DNA of 49,462 nucleotides, counting the filler, from Bipalium vagum (taxonomy: Eukaryota): NCBI GenBank assembly GCA_037834085.1. It is 3 parts of 3 records of this genome, joined end to end, with 100 filler letters (N's around TTAATTAATTAA, not from the genome) between each part and the next. Parts side by side here need not be neighbours in the genome. Positions count along the whole stretch, not along the records: positions 1 to 17,392 come from JBBMKC010068567.1; positions 17,493 to 33,353 come from JBBMKC010141772.1; 1 more part is not named here. One strand, 5' to 3'. A program made the translations under genes and the position numbers. The number at the start of each line of letters is the position of its first letter. Position 1 is the stretch's first letter. Positions 11,316 through 24,305 of the stretch are shown here, piece by piece. The notes under the pieces were generated by a model, which saw nothing but the letters and a program-made list of their open reading frames with translations, did no database searches and was not told where the DNA came from.

Positions 11316-13531
11316 CTATAATAATGGTTCCATTTTTTCTACTTTGGCCACAATTTTGCCTTCCCATAATGGTAGGATATCTTCATTTCGCGTATATTCT
11401 TCCTGTACGGCTCCACCACCTTCAAATTCATCACAATGACGTTTGAAAAAATATCGATACTGTCCACGTCTAGGCAGAAGCATCTTGAATTGACCAAGGG
11501 TAAAGCCTGTTTCTGCGCATGGCACTTGAGTTCGATAAGGTACAGGATCCCCACAGAAATAATATCCAACAACTATGTTGGATTCTCCTTTTCCTTTATT
11601 AATACCTTTTATTTTACTTGATTCTTGATTTACAGATCCATTATAACTACTATCCATACAAAATGTATCTATCCAAACTTCACCTGGAGGACCGGATTCA
11701 ATTCCCTCATTTATAGTTTCCTTATATCCCGGTGTTTGTGCTGAGCAACTACGCTTCATATTTCCCGTCAGTTCTACTGGCGTATTAACAATACCCGGAT
11801 GGTTATTAACCCAATTGCTTACCCTGTATAAAAAAGAGAAATATATATGCTCAAAAATGTTAAGAAATACCTGTCACTAGATACCATCCATGGATGTGAG
11901 ATCTGTTCATACGTAGAACTAACACCTGAGTCAAAAATACTGGAAGCATCGGATGCCTGACTTTTTCCTTTTCTTGTTATCGAAGGTACTGAAATGAATA
12001 CTCAGAAATTAAAAAAAATATAATATTAAAAATATATCAAGAAATATTGATTATTATTTTTATTTTTTCTATTCTTTTACAAAATATTTTTCACGAAATA
12101 ATTTATGATTTACGTGTGAGATCAACTCCATTACCTTATTTGTTTTTGTAATCTTCTTTCTCAAACAATTTAACTGAGATAAAAGGAAAGTTTTTTTTAC
12201 ATAATATCAATAAATTTCGCGTTTTCAATGATAAAAAAATTTAAGGCGTAAAGTGTTTTTTCTCTCAAAGTTATATTTGAATTTCCTTTAATATATGCAG
12301 CTAATTTCATCTGTTTTTATTGTAAGAAGGCAAATTTTTTAAAAAAACCCTTAGAGTTTTGATATTATGCAATTTTATATATACTAAAAGTCAATAACCT
12401 GGAGCTCCCGATCTTATCATTTCAAAGTTTACTAAAAATTATTCATTCTTTGACGGTCGAAATGATTATTAATAAAGAAAACGAGGTGGTAAGGTCATCA
12501 TCATTATTCAGTCTCACATGACCAACACTGACAATGAATTTTCTAACTCTACTTTACTACAGATTATCAAAAAGTACGTTAACAAGAATTAAAACTTTCA
12601 ATGTTACTTAGAATTAGTATTAAAACAAAAGTCAAACACAAAGTTAAGTACTATGAAAGAATAATTGATAATAATAGGAATAGATTCATTAAAATCGGTC
12701 TGGAAATTATCAGAATTTAATTTCATTTATCGTATTGTTTTTTACACTTATGTTTTAATAAATTATTTAGAAACTCTATTGATAATTCCTTTTGATCATA
12801 ACCATTTATTAATTATGGTTATGAAGAACAGATAAAAGTATTTGGAAATTCAATTTTATTCTCAATATCAGAATTTAATTTAAACAAACAAATAAATTTT
12901 ATCACTCTGAGAAAAATAAGATTAATGAGGGAAAATAAAGAATAATTAAAGTGGTGATAATTTTAAATTTTCTGTTTAATTTAATTAATTTATAATAATT
13001 ATATAATATCAAACATTTATCTTCTAAATATAATTAATATATTTTTAAGTATTATATATAAATATAATATTATATACATAATATTAATAATAATAATAAT
13101 ATAAATTCGAGATCCATTTCATTTTTAATATTTGTGTAAATTCTTTTAAAATAAATAATCAATAATAAAAGTACTCGAAAATATTTAGTTTCAAAATTTA
13201 AAATTTTTGAAAATTTGTTTTATATATAAATATCTTAGAAGAGAAAATATTTCACTTCTTATATATTATTAAATATTAAATATAATTTTGAAAATTATGT
13301 ATTCATCTTACGTTATTTTTGTTAATTATTCAAATTAAAATTAGACTTAATCGTAAATATAAATATTAAAATGTTAATTCTAAAAAATCGATAACACATA
13401 TGCACTCGTTATTATGCTGCCTTATTTTATGTACATTATTATTAAGAATAAAAAAATTGATTTAAATATTCAAAAATGTAACTGAGATCTCTCAAAACTA
13501 CAGAAATTTCTTCATTAATATTAATTGATTC

Positions 13532-13589
<58 letters not shown>

Positions 13590-14990
13590 GTAAATTCTAT
13601 CTATAATTTTGAAAATAGCGATAAAAATTTTTTTAAAATGAAATTGGAGAGTTGCATATTTTTTTAAATTAAAAATTTTTTTTGAAGTGTTTTTCAATAA
13701 TGAAGACAATTTGCAAATCTACCAGTAAAATTCATATTCGAGAATATTATACTTATTTTTATAACAATTACAAATATTTCTGGTATTTCTGGTTGACAAA
13801 AAAATTCCGCGTTTGTATTATATTTATTTTATTTGAGGAAATGTTATGATTCTGATTTTCAATGATCGTTTTCTTCTGAACACTTAAAAAAAATTTTCTA
13901 TAAATGGTTTTCAAAGAAAGAAGTTTGTTGTCATTACATTTTCAATGGAAACTAAATTGTAAGGTCGCTAAATATACATTTGTGAAGTTTAATAAATAAA
14001 AAAGAATCTAAGGCACCGAAAAAAGTGAAGTTAATTGTCACGATGGTATTAAATATTTTTCAATGACAATTAGAATAATTGATCCAGGTTAAAATGGATT
14101 ATTATGCTGAATTACGATAAAGCTTGATTGAATTAAACTTTGTAAAATATATTTACAAATATTATAATTATAATAAATTTCTCAGAACTTTCTCACTAAT
14201 ATAAATAATAAAAACTGAATAATAATAATAATAATAATTTCAATTATATCATTTAACTTCAATGTTGTTTTGGCTTCAAATAATATAAACATATTAATAT
14301 ATACATTTCCTAATAATAACGAAATGCATGAAGGTGCTTAAAATGATTATATAAAGTTTAAATTGTATTAGTCTGTTCTCCTTCACAAAAAATATCTTTG
14401 ATGATCAATATGACATTTTAATCGCATGCAATAATTATTTAGATAATCAATACCTTCTTTTGAAAAACTATTGACATAAAAACAATATATAACATAGGTT
14501 AAGTGACGTAACCATAGCACTAATATAAAATATTAAGCTAATAAGATTATTAGATAAAAAATGATTTATAGGTTATTGGATTTAAATATTACAAAATAAT
14601 TGTTACAAATATCAATATTATGTAATAATATTCTCTTATAAATTGAAACAATGATTGATAACAATTTCATTGATTACATTTAAAATATGAAAGTTAATAA
14701 TAATAAAGTTAAACAAAAATAATTAACCATTATTAGAAGTACATTCTTCAAGAGAATAAATAGATTGATCTTCACTTCTGTTACGCCGACGAGCTCTAAA
14801 ATGGTGATGATCATGATGATGATGATGCTTGTATTGACGAGAAGCTGGAAACCAGTTGGGTGTGATATATGGATTGGGATTATGGAGTGGTTGAGAGTAT
14901 GGAGGTCTAGTTTGCCATTGGGACTCAAACGTTGTCGCTACTCCACTATCTTGAGAAACTACAGATCGAATATCTGGATCTCTTTTCGCT
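11316..14990 (-). CDS. Axin: Axin, 3' portion (His-rich region to C-terminal DIX domain); 5' exons not found
   Basis: Exons 14990-14728 (..QDSGVATT..KHHHHHDHHHF..; its 5' boundary is tentative), 11988-11871 (..FDSGVSSTY..) and 11823-11316 are phase-compatible. DIX domain: IVVGYYFCGDPVPYRT..TLGQFKMLLPRRGQYRYFFK..DEF..AVQEE..ILPLWEGKIVAKVEK. Its C-terminal position indicates Axin rather than Dishevelled. Confidence 0.88.
13532..13589. repeat. (AAT)n microsatellite
   Basis: Perfect run in an Axin intron. Confidence 0.95.
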
Positions 14991-15142
14991 CTTGATTTAA
15001 AATAATATTTCAAAATTTTTTTGATAAGTTAACATTTAGGAAATTATATAAAAAATCAGAATCAATATTTAATTTTTCGAGATATTAAAACAAGTATGTT
15101 AATTTTGCAAATATCCGATCAACTTAAGGATTAATTAATTAC

Positions 15143-15818
15143 TAGGGCAACCAAATGCATTTTTTGCAATTTTTGCACTACTTAGTGCAAAAAATGAAAA
15201 TTAAAAAAAAAAGTAATTTTGTTTAAATAATACTAACAAATTCCTTGGTTTTTGCAGATATAATATATCATATAAGAAAATTTACCTGTTTTCATGAATC
15301 TTTACATGGTGAGCTTATAGCCATTAAAGATTCACACGGAATTCTCATAGAATTTATTGATTTCTTAGAGGATTACGATAAGGGGATAGTATTTAATTGG
15401 ACCATCATAAAGAAAATGAATTTTGATAAAGACCCAATAAATTTAAAGGAATATCTTAATTATATATCTTAATCAAGATAAGAAAAATTTGAGTTCCAAA
15501 AAATTATGACATACGAAAATTAAAATATATTTCCAAGCGATATCATGAAATGTACTTCAATTTCAAATTAAACCAGAAAATATTGGGGTTTATTTTATTT
15601 CTTATTTTAACGGATTGAATAATGCCGAAACCTGTACGGTTGAATAAAGTTTTGTAATCAATATATAATTTTTAATAAAAATTGTTCCTAAACAGGTTGT
15701 GAAATTTTTGCAATATTTTTACAAATGACATCATTTTAGAATGATTTGCATTTTTTTGTATTATTCTTAAAAAAATTTGCACTTTTTCGATTTTTTTTTG
15801 CATATTTTGGTTGCCCTA
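15143..15818. mobile_element. Non-autonomous hAT-like DNA transposon
   Basis: 13-bp TIR TAGGGCAACCAAA / TTTGGTTGCCCTA with an exact 8-bp direct repeat TTAATTAC at 15135-15142 and 15819-15826. Confidence 0.85.
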
Positions 15819-15924
15819 TTAATTACTTATTTTAATATCATATTTGTAAGTTTGGTTAATTAATATACGAGTAATATACTATTATTTGAATTTATTTATG
15901 GATTTATTATTGTTTATTTAACTG

Positions 15925-16350
15925 AGTGCTTGGATCCTGTACAAATTGACGAGCGAGAATAGAATTAACTACTCTCCAGATTAGAAACTAATCCGTTTTT
16001 TGATCGATTGATATCCGGATATCATAAATGGATTTCCTACGTCAACAACATAAGAGATAAACAATGGTTAAATTATAACCATGCACATTTTCCTAGTGTA
16101 AAATATAGTCCACACCATCAAATGATGTTATTATCTGTTTGAAGGAATATCCAAGGGATATTGGGAACTGTTAAAGAATAAAAAAATATTATAAATACGG
16201 AACTATATTCTCAAAAATTAGAAAGACTGAGTCAAAATATCACGTATATTTTAATAAACAGAATGCGAGACAACATATTCTCGATTAACTCAGGAAAAGA
16301 TACAGATGCTTGGATGGAATGTCTTACGCACACCAATCATATGATTGCAA
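15925..16350 (+). mobile_element. Decayed mariner transposase fragment
   Basis: NPFFDRLISGYHKWISYVN (compare PFLDRIVTGDEKWILYDN), MMLLSV*RNIQGI, QEKIQMLGWNVL. Confidence 0.7.
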
Positions 16351-17392
16351 TTCAAAAACCTTTTGTTGTGTCGATTTAAATACATTACCAAAATACGAAA
16401 ATACTTATTCCTTGACCCAATAGATTTATTAACTTTCAACGATAAAATCAACTATCAGCAGAATTATCAAATAAGAATTAGTTTTAATTTAAAATTTATA
16501 TATAAGAAAAAAAATAAATAAAATATCGTCCTCAAAAAATTCGAACTATTTTCATATAGTCCAACTAATTTAAAACATCTGATGGAAATTATATTTTTCA
16601 AAATCAACATTTTCCAGTTAGATTTAGGAATGGTTTAAAAAATTTAAATTTATTTCCATTTAAGCTGAAACAGTCCTCAATGGAAATTGGAAAAGCCAAA
16701 ATTATATTTATGTTAAAAAAATAATAAAATATATATTATCTCTGAATAATTTCTACGGAATATATATTTCTTGGTAACGTGTTTTGAGTTTTAAGATATA
16801 ATAAAAGTCAGATTTAAGATTTACTATCATTTTAACTAATAAAAAAATATTTATAAATTATCGAATATTTGAAAACTCATTAATTCTCATGGAAAGCCTC
16901 TGAGAAAAATTACAATATTTTTTATTTGAAAAATATGGAAAATTTTATATATTTTATGGAAAATATTAATTTCATTTCCTTACTTTTAGAGAAAGTATAT
17001 TTTTTTAAAAAAGAGATTTTCGATAAGAGAATTAAGTAAAAATAATCAATTCCATATTTCAAAATGGAGAATAGATTACAAGAAATTGTAATAATACATA
17101 ATTTTCACATTTAATAAATAATATATTTAATAATTAATAATAAATAATATTTCAGATAACAATTTAACCCCATTAGAAATCCAACGAAACCCTTTAATAT
17201 TGTTAACTTAAACAAATTAAATTAGTGCAAATTTGTTAAATTAAAAGTTACCTTTAGCAATTAAAATCTATAAAATATATGAGGAACAATTTAGAATTTT
17301 GAAAGAAAACAAGTAATATTAATTTATCAATTGATTATTATTAATAATAAATAATAATTATAATTATTTGTTAATTTATATTTTCAGAAAGA

Positions 17393-17492
17393 NNNNNNNN
17401 NNNNNNNNNNNNNNNNNNNNNNNNNNNNNNNNNNNNTTAATTAATTAANNNNNNNNNNNNNNNNNNNNNNNNNNNNNNNNNNNNNNNNNNNN
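17393..17492. other. Assembly gap with artificial linker N44-TTAATTAATTAA-N44
   Basis: Directly visible: exactly 100 nt with stops in all frames, identical to the gap at 33354. Confidence 0.95.
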
Positions 17493-17755
17493 TGACTATC
17501 ACTTGTTCAGATCGATGGCGCATTGTCTCTGTGAACACCGGTTCCAAAACTTCGAGGATGTCCAAAAATTGCTTCATGACTGGATCGCTCTGAAACAGGA
17601 AAAATTTTTTTTTATGGTATTCACCAACTACCACAAAAATGGACCAATGTTGTAGATTGTGATGGAAATTATCTTGTATAAAAAATTTTGTTTATTCTTG
17701 TAAAAAATAAACTTTTTTAGTCTTAAAAAACGTCATTTTCAACTTGTACACCTAA
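17493..17755 (+). mobile_element. Mos1-like (mauritiana-type) mariner 3' end, truncated by the gap
   Basis: DYHLFRSMAHCLCEHRFQNFEDVQKLLHDWIALK..GIHQLPQKWTNVVDCDGNY. The right TIR reverse complement TTAGGTGTACAAGTTGAAAATGACGTTT resembles the Mos1 TIR and is followed by TA. Confidence 0.85.
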
Positions 17756-17789
17756 TATTTAGCAATATGATTGGAATAAGAAAACACAA

Positions 17790-18382
17790 CATTTCATCCA
17801 ACTGTGGGACTTTGAAAGAGCTCTTATAGTAGCACTTCATGAGTGTGGAATGTTTCAGAGAAGAAGTCATTTCACTATTTTATGGGCATGAGATGTGTGG
17901 TATGAAGAAGGGTTGCAGCATTGCTGAAGTGTCTGTCGACAACATCGAAGCACCAAAGTGAAGATAGACACCTTCATGTAGATGTTGGAGACGGACTTAT
18001 GTCAACCACAATAATTGATATAAATTGGAAAATGTTTATAATATCGTTAAGCCGTGAACTCAGAGTAAAACGACTAGAATGGGCCAAGAAAAATATTGAA
18101 AAGTAACATTGTTTCAAAGCAAAGTAAAGCATTATATTGAAAAATCCATTACAGACACGTTAACAGAGCTGAAATGGGATGGGTTACCAACGAGATGTAT
18201 TCACCAGATATTGGGCGGTCATATTATCACTTACTTTGGCCAATGGACACGCGCTCTTAGATCAGAGGTCAAGAATGATAAGTATTTCAAGATCGGATAG
18301 TCATGAAAAAAGTCATTTTGTTATTGTTATTAGCAATGAAATTTGAGAACCGCAAAACGGTGGAGTCATACTTGTACACATA
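17790..18382 (+). mobile_element. Adjacent Tc1-like and mariner remnants
   Basis: DFERALIVALHECGM and LSRELRVKRLEWAKK (Tc1 N-terminal motifs), then DTLTELKWDGLP..YSPDI..YHL (mariner), ending in ATACTTGTACAC. Confidence 0.65.
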
Positions 18383-20099
18383 TTTAATTTTGTATTTTGT
18401 ATTTTCCTTTTTCAATGATATTGTATTTATTTAATTATAATCACTATTCCATTTAGTTTTTCTACAACTTGGCAGTAAAACACAGGTTTGTGAAAGATAC
18501 ATTCTCACTATAGAGATACGGAAAAAATATGTTTGAATTTATTAAAAAGAACTTTTATTATTATTATACATTATAATCTTTGAAGTAAAATAAATCATGA
18601 AAATGGTTTTCTTAAAATTGCTTAACCTTCTTCAGCTAAGGTTGACTGATTTTGTAATGTTTCCACAAATCTACATGGTTACGAATATGGATGTTTCTTC
18701 AAGGTGGTTCAGCGTTATTTGTGTGGGACTGTTTGGCTGAAGGGAAACGGGTAAAAAGTGAAACAAATTCTCTGTCAAAACATTGACAGAATATTTCAAA
18801 TGGGCACAAGTGTGTGACAGAAGTGATTCACAGACGCGCTATTCTTGTTATTTTTCCCATTTTCCCCATTTTCCCCAATAAAATGTGTCATTATGAATTA
18901 AAATATTTATTCAACAATTACCAAACGGTGATATGAGGAAACTGTCGAAAAATGCCCCCTATAAATATCATTGTGCCAAAACTAATTTCCCTTTCAACTG
19001 GTCGCTGTAGACATTTGTTCAATAAAATACTTAACAAAAGAAAGGTCAGGTCGGTAAAATTAATATAAACAAACACTACACATGTCCAAGGAAAATCCTT
19101 TCAACTTTCTCCAGGCTTTAGGAAAACATTTCTGATTGAAAAGGAGGTATTATTACAATATCCTTCCAAAATCTTCACTCTCCACGACCTGATAAATTTC
19201 GGAATCCCCTTTACATATCTTTACCCTTATGAGGATATATAATATTCATATAATTCCCCCTTATATTTTTACGATCATTTCGACAGGGTTGCATGAATTT
19301 TACTTTCTTTTCTAATGTAAATTATCAGAATAAAAACTATTTGGAGAAAAGACATTCGTAATATGTTTATGAAACAAGACACCGAATATCTAAGAAGGCA
19401 AAACAGTACACTGAACAAGGAATCTCAGATTTGGCAAATGTAAGCAAAAATATTACGGAAAACATTTTTATTATGATGCCCAAAGATTATTTGGCTGACT
19501 AATTGGGATCATGTCTCAGAATCTCCCTCGGGTTTCTGATAAGATGATGAAGTACAAAGGGCCCTGATTTTCTGAATTTTATTATTTGAAAGAAGCTTTC
19601 ATTTTTTATTATTTTTATTTTCATTCATTTCAGGCAAACGGTAAGGAAACGGCTGCAGATTTCAACATTTAATTATTATTATTAAAATAGTTTAATATAT
19701 TTATAATTTTTTTTCGATTATTATTATTACAATATCACCCACTCAATATCACGACGTCCGTTACAGAGAAAATCATAACTTTCCCTGAGTCATGATATTG
19801 ATGAGAAACCATTGTGGTATAATTTTTAAAGTTTTTTAAAAGTTTTACGTGATATTAAACGGGTTATGACAATTGTCGGGTTACATTTTAATAACCTAAT
19901 AATGCATTCCTTAATCTTTTATTTCAGTAATATTGCTTTAGGAAATAAATATAATATCTGTTTAATTTTTAAAATAAAGATATTATAATGAAACCAGTAA
20001 AATCGAATAATCTTCACAGACATTGTGTAATGGCTTGTACATCTTGTATTTTAAAATTAGTACGTATAGTCTAATAATATTACATAATATGGCAGAAAC

Positions 20100-20650
20100 A
20101 AATGACCTAGTCAATTAAAGGATTAACTTAAGATCCAGAGATTCAAATATACGTGATAGTATCAATGATGTGATTAAATAAGTAGACAAACAACAAATCA
20201 TAACCATCAATTCTCTCGACTGAAGCATACTTAATTTGATAACAGTACAAAGATAACTCTAAACAAACAGTATCACTTGAGTTCCGGGAGAAAATGCTCA
20301 AAAAATTTGAATGTTTATAGCACACCAGAATACTACAGAAATATACCTCAACAAAGCGAAAAAACAGATAATAGGTGAAAAAATATACCACCAATGAACT
20401 TTTGCAGGAAGGCAGAAACATTAAAAGAGTTCGCAGTCATACATGACCAATTTCGTCTCCATGTAACTCAAATAATCACTTTTTTTCAATTACCTCACTT
20501 CTCCGATATGAATTTGATAGATCGGGTCTTATTCAAGAATTTTGGTCAAAGGGAGGAATACAAATGTTCCGTTCAATTGATAAAGTAAGAATGTTCTTGA
20601 AAGACCAAACAGACAAAAGCTGACGCATGGGATGAACCATTTGTAAGGTA
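20100..20650 (+). mobile_element. Highly decayed Tc1/mariner-superfamily transposase
   Basis: QLPHFSDMNLIDRVLF resembles a degenerate QPPYSPDxNLxD motif. The same DMNLxDR signature occurs at 31530-31800. Confidence 0.45.
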
Positions 20651-23463
20651 AATATATTGTGGTAAATATTTTTCATTAAATGTTTTCATTTTCTTAAATA
20701 AACTTCTTAACTTTTTAAATTTAAAAAATTTGATTATTTTTTTTTATTTATTATTATTATTATTTTTTATTATTATTATTATTATTATTATTCAGTATAT
20801 TATTATTATTCTTATTATTAGTTTCTGATTAATAAATCCCTACGAAGGTAAGATTGGTATTTTTACAGATATTTACCACCGAAATCTCCTTTATATCGGG
20901 AAGGTAAATATCAAAAAGAAAATCATTTTTATCTTTTATTTATAAATATTGAGTTTCACTGATAAAATAAAGTAAAATGAGAAGAAAAATATGAAAAAAT
21001 ATTTTAAGGAAAACATCGGTCACTGGTTTTATCATAGAAAATAAAGCAAAATCTAAACTAAACAGTATTTCTTTTTGGCAACGAAAATAGAGAAACGTTG
21101 GTGTCCTAAAAGCCTTAAATTACCCTTCTGATGTGTTTATCACGTCCTATTGAACAACCCTCAATGTAATTTTAGTGATATACATTCAATCAGCACATTC
21201 AATCACAGGATTAATCCCCCAGATTGTCTGATTCGTATTACATCACAATCGTTCTAAAGTTTAATTAGCAAATCAATTTACTCTGAAAAATTAATTAGTT
21301 TTATTAATTAATTAATGGTAACATATTAAGATTAAGGATCATCACCATCCATGCTTCACAAATCAGACATTCTCGACAGATAATATTTACTCCTCCCAAT
21401 GTTCAATGCAGTTAAACGCAAAAATATAGAGGTAAAAATTAACGGATTACTTGAGACTTTGAAAGGAAAAGGAAAATTAATTTCAACCAAGAAAATTAAA
21501 TTTTGAAACTTAAATCTGAGGAGGAATTTTAATGAGATTGGATAAAAGATCGGGGAAAGCGTTATCAAGTGAAAGAAGGATCACCGAAGAAAAATGTTTC
21601 AAGATTATCAAAATTAATAATGGGATTTAGTCATTAAATTATTTTTTGTCCTGGTATTAGTTGGAATCTTGACTAAAATAATATAAAAAGGAATATTACT
21701 TTATATTTTAAAGAAAACCAGTAAAAATAAGAAATTAACACGCATTATATGAAAATATGGAGTAAAAACTTTCTAAGAAAAGATGGATTCAAATGACAGA
21801 TATAAGTGTGAAAACCATTCCACACTCTCGGTCATCAACAAGTCCTGGTTGAAGGTTATCTGTACAACAATTTGTTTATCGAGTCACTCATTGAAAAACA
21901 CCTTTGAGTAGAAAAATCAATGGTAAAGAAATAATTAATAATGAGGTTGAACAGTCGAACGGATAGTAGTACTGAATCTTCCAGAGGTTTTCAAAAGGCA
22001 ATGAAAGGAAGAACGAACGAATTATATCCAGCCCCAAAAAAACCAAGGAGAACTAATAAAGACAAACCAGAAAAAACGTTTTAAAAAAGTATATAAAAAA
22101 AATTTTTGAAAAAGAAAGATTTTAATTAATTTAAATTTTTTTATAAAATAAAATTTCTGGAAAGATTTTGAAAATTTTTATTAAATTTTAGAATTACGGA
22201 AAATGTTTGAACCTCAGTCTTTAATTAAGACCTTTTAAATGACGAATTTTTAATAAATAGGTTTTATTCTCTGAAGCTTCGAAATGAGCTATAAAATTTC
22301 AGATTGTCAACCCTTCTTAATTGGTTGTGAAATATAAATCATTTGACTAATCAGATTTGGACAAATCATAGGAAAATCAGATGCATTTGAGCTGATGAAC
22401 TATAAATAGTCTTAAAAACTAAATTTTACATTACCCTTTGCAAATTATCATTTCTCTAATATTGTAAATAATATGTAAGTTAGACAAATACAATGATAGA
22501 TCGAGGTATACAGAAATGACATGTTAACAAGCTGAGAAAAACTTACTTCTGATTGATATTTCGGTAATGTTGTCTTGTTTGTCGATATTTTCAGTTTCAA
22601 CATATATAGAGGGCTTTAATGCACTACTGGTAGGTTTGATGACAAATGTCCTGGGTTTAAATCCGAGAGCGCTAACAATTTCTAAGAAAATATTTTAAAA
22701 TAATAATAATAATTATAATAATAATAATATTATTATTAATTATAATAGTTCTAACAGTGGTTAAACAAATAACCAGATATTTGCTATTACAGAAAGATAT
22801 TCATTTCTGAAAATTCAGTAACAAAAAGGGTATAAATATTTTTAAGTAAAAGCAGAGTAATCAATTATATTTAGTAAAACGGATAAAAAAGTAAACTTTT
22901 ACAAAAATGAAAATCGGAAAAAATCTAAGGTACTTTTAGTACACTAAGTTAAGACCCGTTTAAAAAGAGTACTGAAGGAGCTGAAAATGTTATTCCAAGG
23001 AGTGAGTAGTTGAATAGTATGAGGCATAGGAAGGCCTTATTTTATTTAAACGAAATTTCTTGTGTACTGATGATTGATTTACACGAGAAATCAAAAGTAA
23101 ATGTCAAATCATTAACTTGAACGTTCAGATGAATATCTTTGTAATTATTATGGAATTTATATTATGTTTATCAAAACTTCTGGAAGGCAAAGATTGAGTT
23201 TTTGATTTATAAGAGCTCAATGAAACCCTTACATGTGGTTTTTAATCGTTAATCATAAATAAGTTTTTATCTTCCACTCAATAAAGCGTCCAAAACGGTC
23301 TTTTCACAATAATTCATATATAGAAGAAAATTCAGTACAAATGACACTGAAACAAAATAAAGATTAACGACCTTGTAGTTGGTGACACCACTGATAATAA
23401 ATTTTAATAAAAACCTTAGTAGAAGCTTTTAATACTCAGTAAAATATAATAAAACATTCGCAC

Positions 23464-23861
23464 CTCTATCTTCCTGAGACATTTGCTCGGGATCGAGTTG
23501 ATGTTGGACAACGGGAGTCTTTTTGTCTTCCTTAGTCGATTTCCTACCGGCTTGTAGATTAGTGTTTGAATCTGTTGGAAACTGTTGGAAATAATTTATT
23601 AACTTGAATCGAAATATTACTCCTGTGGGAGAAAATCCTCTTTTATTTCTGACAATAACAGATAGCTGATATCCAGAATACTTTTCTCGAAAGAGTTCCG
23701 TAAAATCTGTGGCAAAATTCCCAATACATTGGTAGGGGTCTGAAAAATCGAAAAGTCATCACTAAATTTCGCCCTAATTTACCAGGAGTTTTGTTAACGA
23801 CTTCTTCAAGTGTTGTTGTGGGTGGTTTTTCTTTACTTGATTTATCAGATTTTTTCCCCAT
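23464..23861 (-). CDS. Hypothetical spliced gene, no recognisable domain, 3' end uncertain
   Basis: ATG at 23861. Exons 23861-23783, 23739-23621 and 23581-23464, separated by 43-nt and 39-nt GT-AG introns (sizes typical of this genome), give an open frame MGKKSDKSSKEKPPTTTLEEVVNKTPDPYQCIGNFATDFTELFREKYSGYQLSVIVRNKRGFSPTGFPTDSNTNLQAGRKSTKEDKKTPVVQHQLDPEQMSQEDR. Confidence 0.55.
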
Positions 23862-23956
23862 AATTTATCATTTAATTGTTAATTGAAATTAATAATAAAT
23901 ACGTTTAATTAATGTCAAAAAAATCTTAACAATTAGAAATTGAAACTGCAGTATTC

Positions 23957-23970
23957 GTTGCCATGGTTTC
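23957..23970. promoter_or_regulatory. RFX X-box-like motif GTTGCCATGGTTTC
   Basis: 11/14 match to the palindromic X-box GTTGCCATGGCAAC, about 95 nt upstream of the hypothetical gene's ATG. Confidence 0.4.
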
Positions 23971-24305
23971 ACTTAAGTAAAACAAAATTTTCAATATTGT
24001 TATAATTAACTTTAATTATGAGAATTTATTTTAATAATTTAAGTTAATAATTTAAGAAAAAAAATTAATTAAAACTTTTAATAATAATTTTTTTTGATAT
24101 TTCAATTATACGCTTATTTTCACATGAAATCATTACGGTCTTAATTTAACGGTTATTAAAACACTACAAATGTTATACATAAGATTTTTGACCAATGGCA
24201 ATAACATTTCGCTACAAACCAATACAGTAATTATTTCTATATTTACCCCATGAAATTCTTAGATAGGTAATTAATTTTTTTAAAAAAATAATAATCTTAA
24301 TCTGG

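Noticed and set aside
14765-14995. Plus-strand ORF with a poly-Met run
   Set aside because: It is the antisense shadow of the Axin His-rich (CAT/CAC) exon.
17437-17448. Palindromic TTAATTAATTAA island inside N runs (also 33398-33409)
   Set aside because: The identical N44-12-N44 layout occurs twice, so it is an artificial scaffolding linker and not biology.
18620-19660. GC-richer blocks with splice-like signals on both strands as Axin 5' exons or another gene
   Set aside because: No Axin-like motif and no consistent phase-compatible open frame could be built. They may be regulatory or non-coding.
22610-22680. B-box-like GGTTTAAATCC suggesting a tRNA or SINE
   Set aside because: No cloverleaf, no convincing A-box and no second copy in the window.
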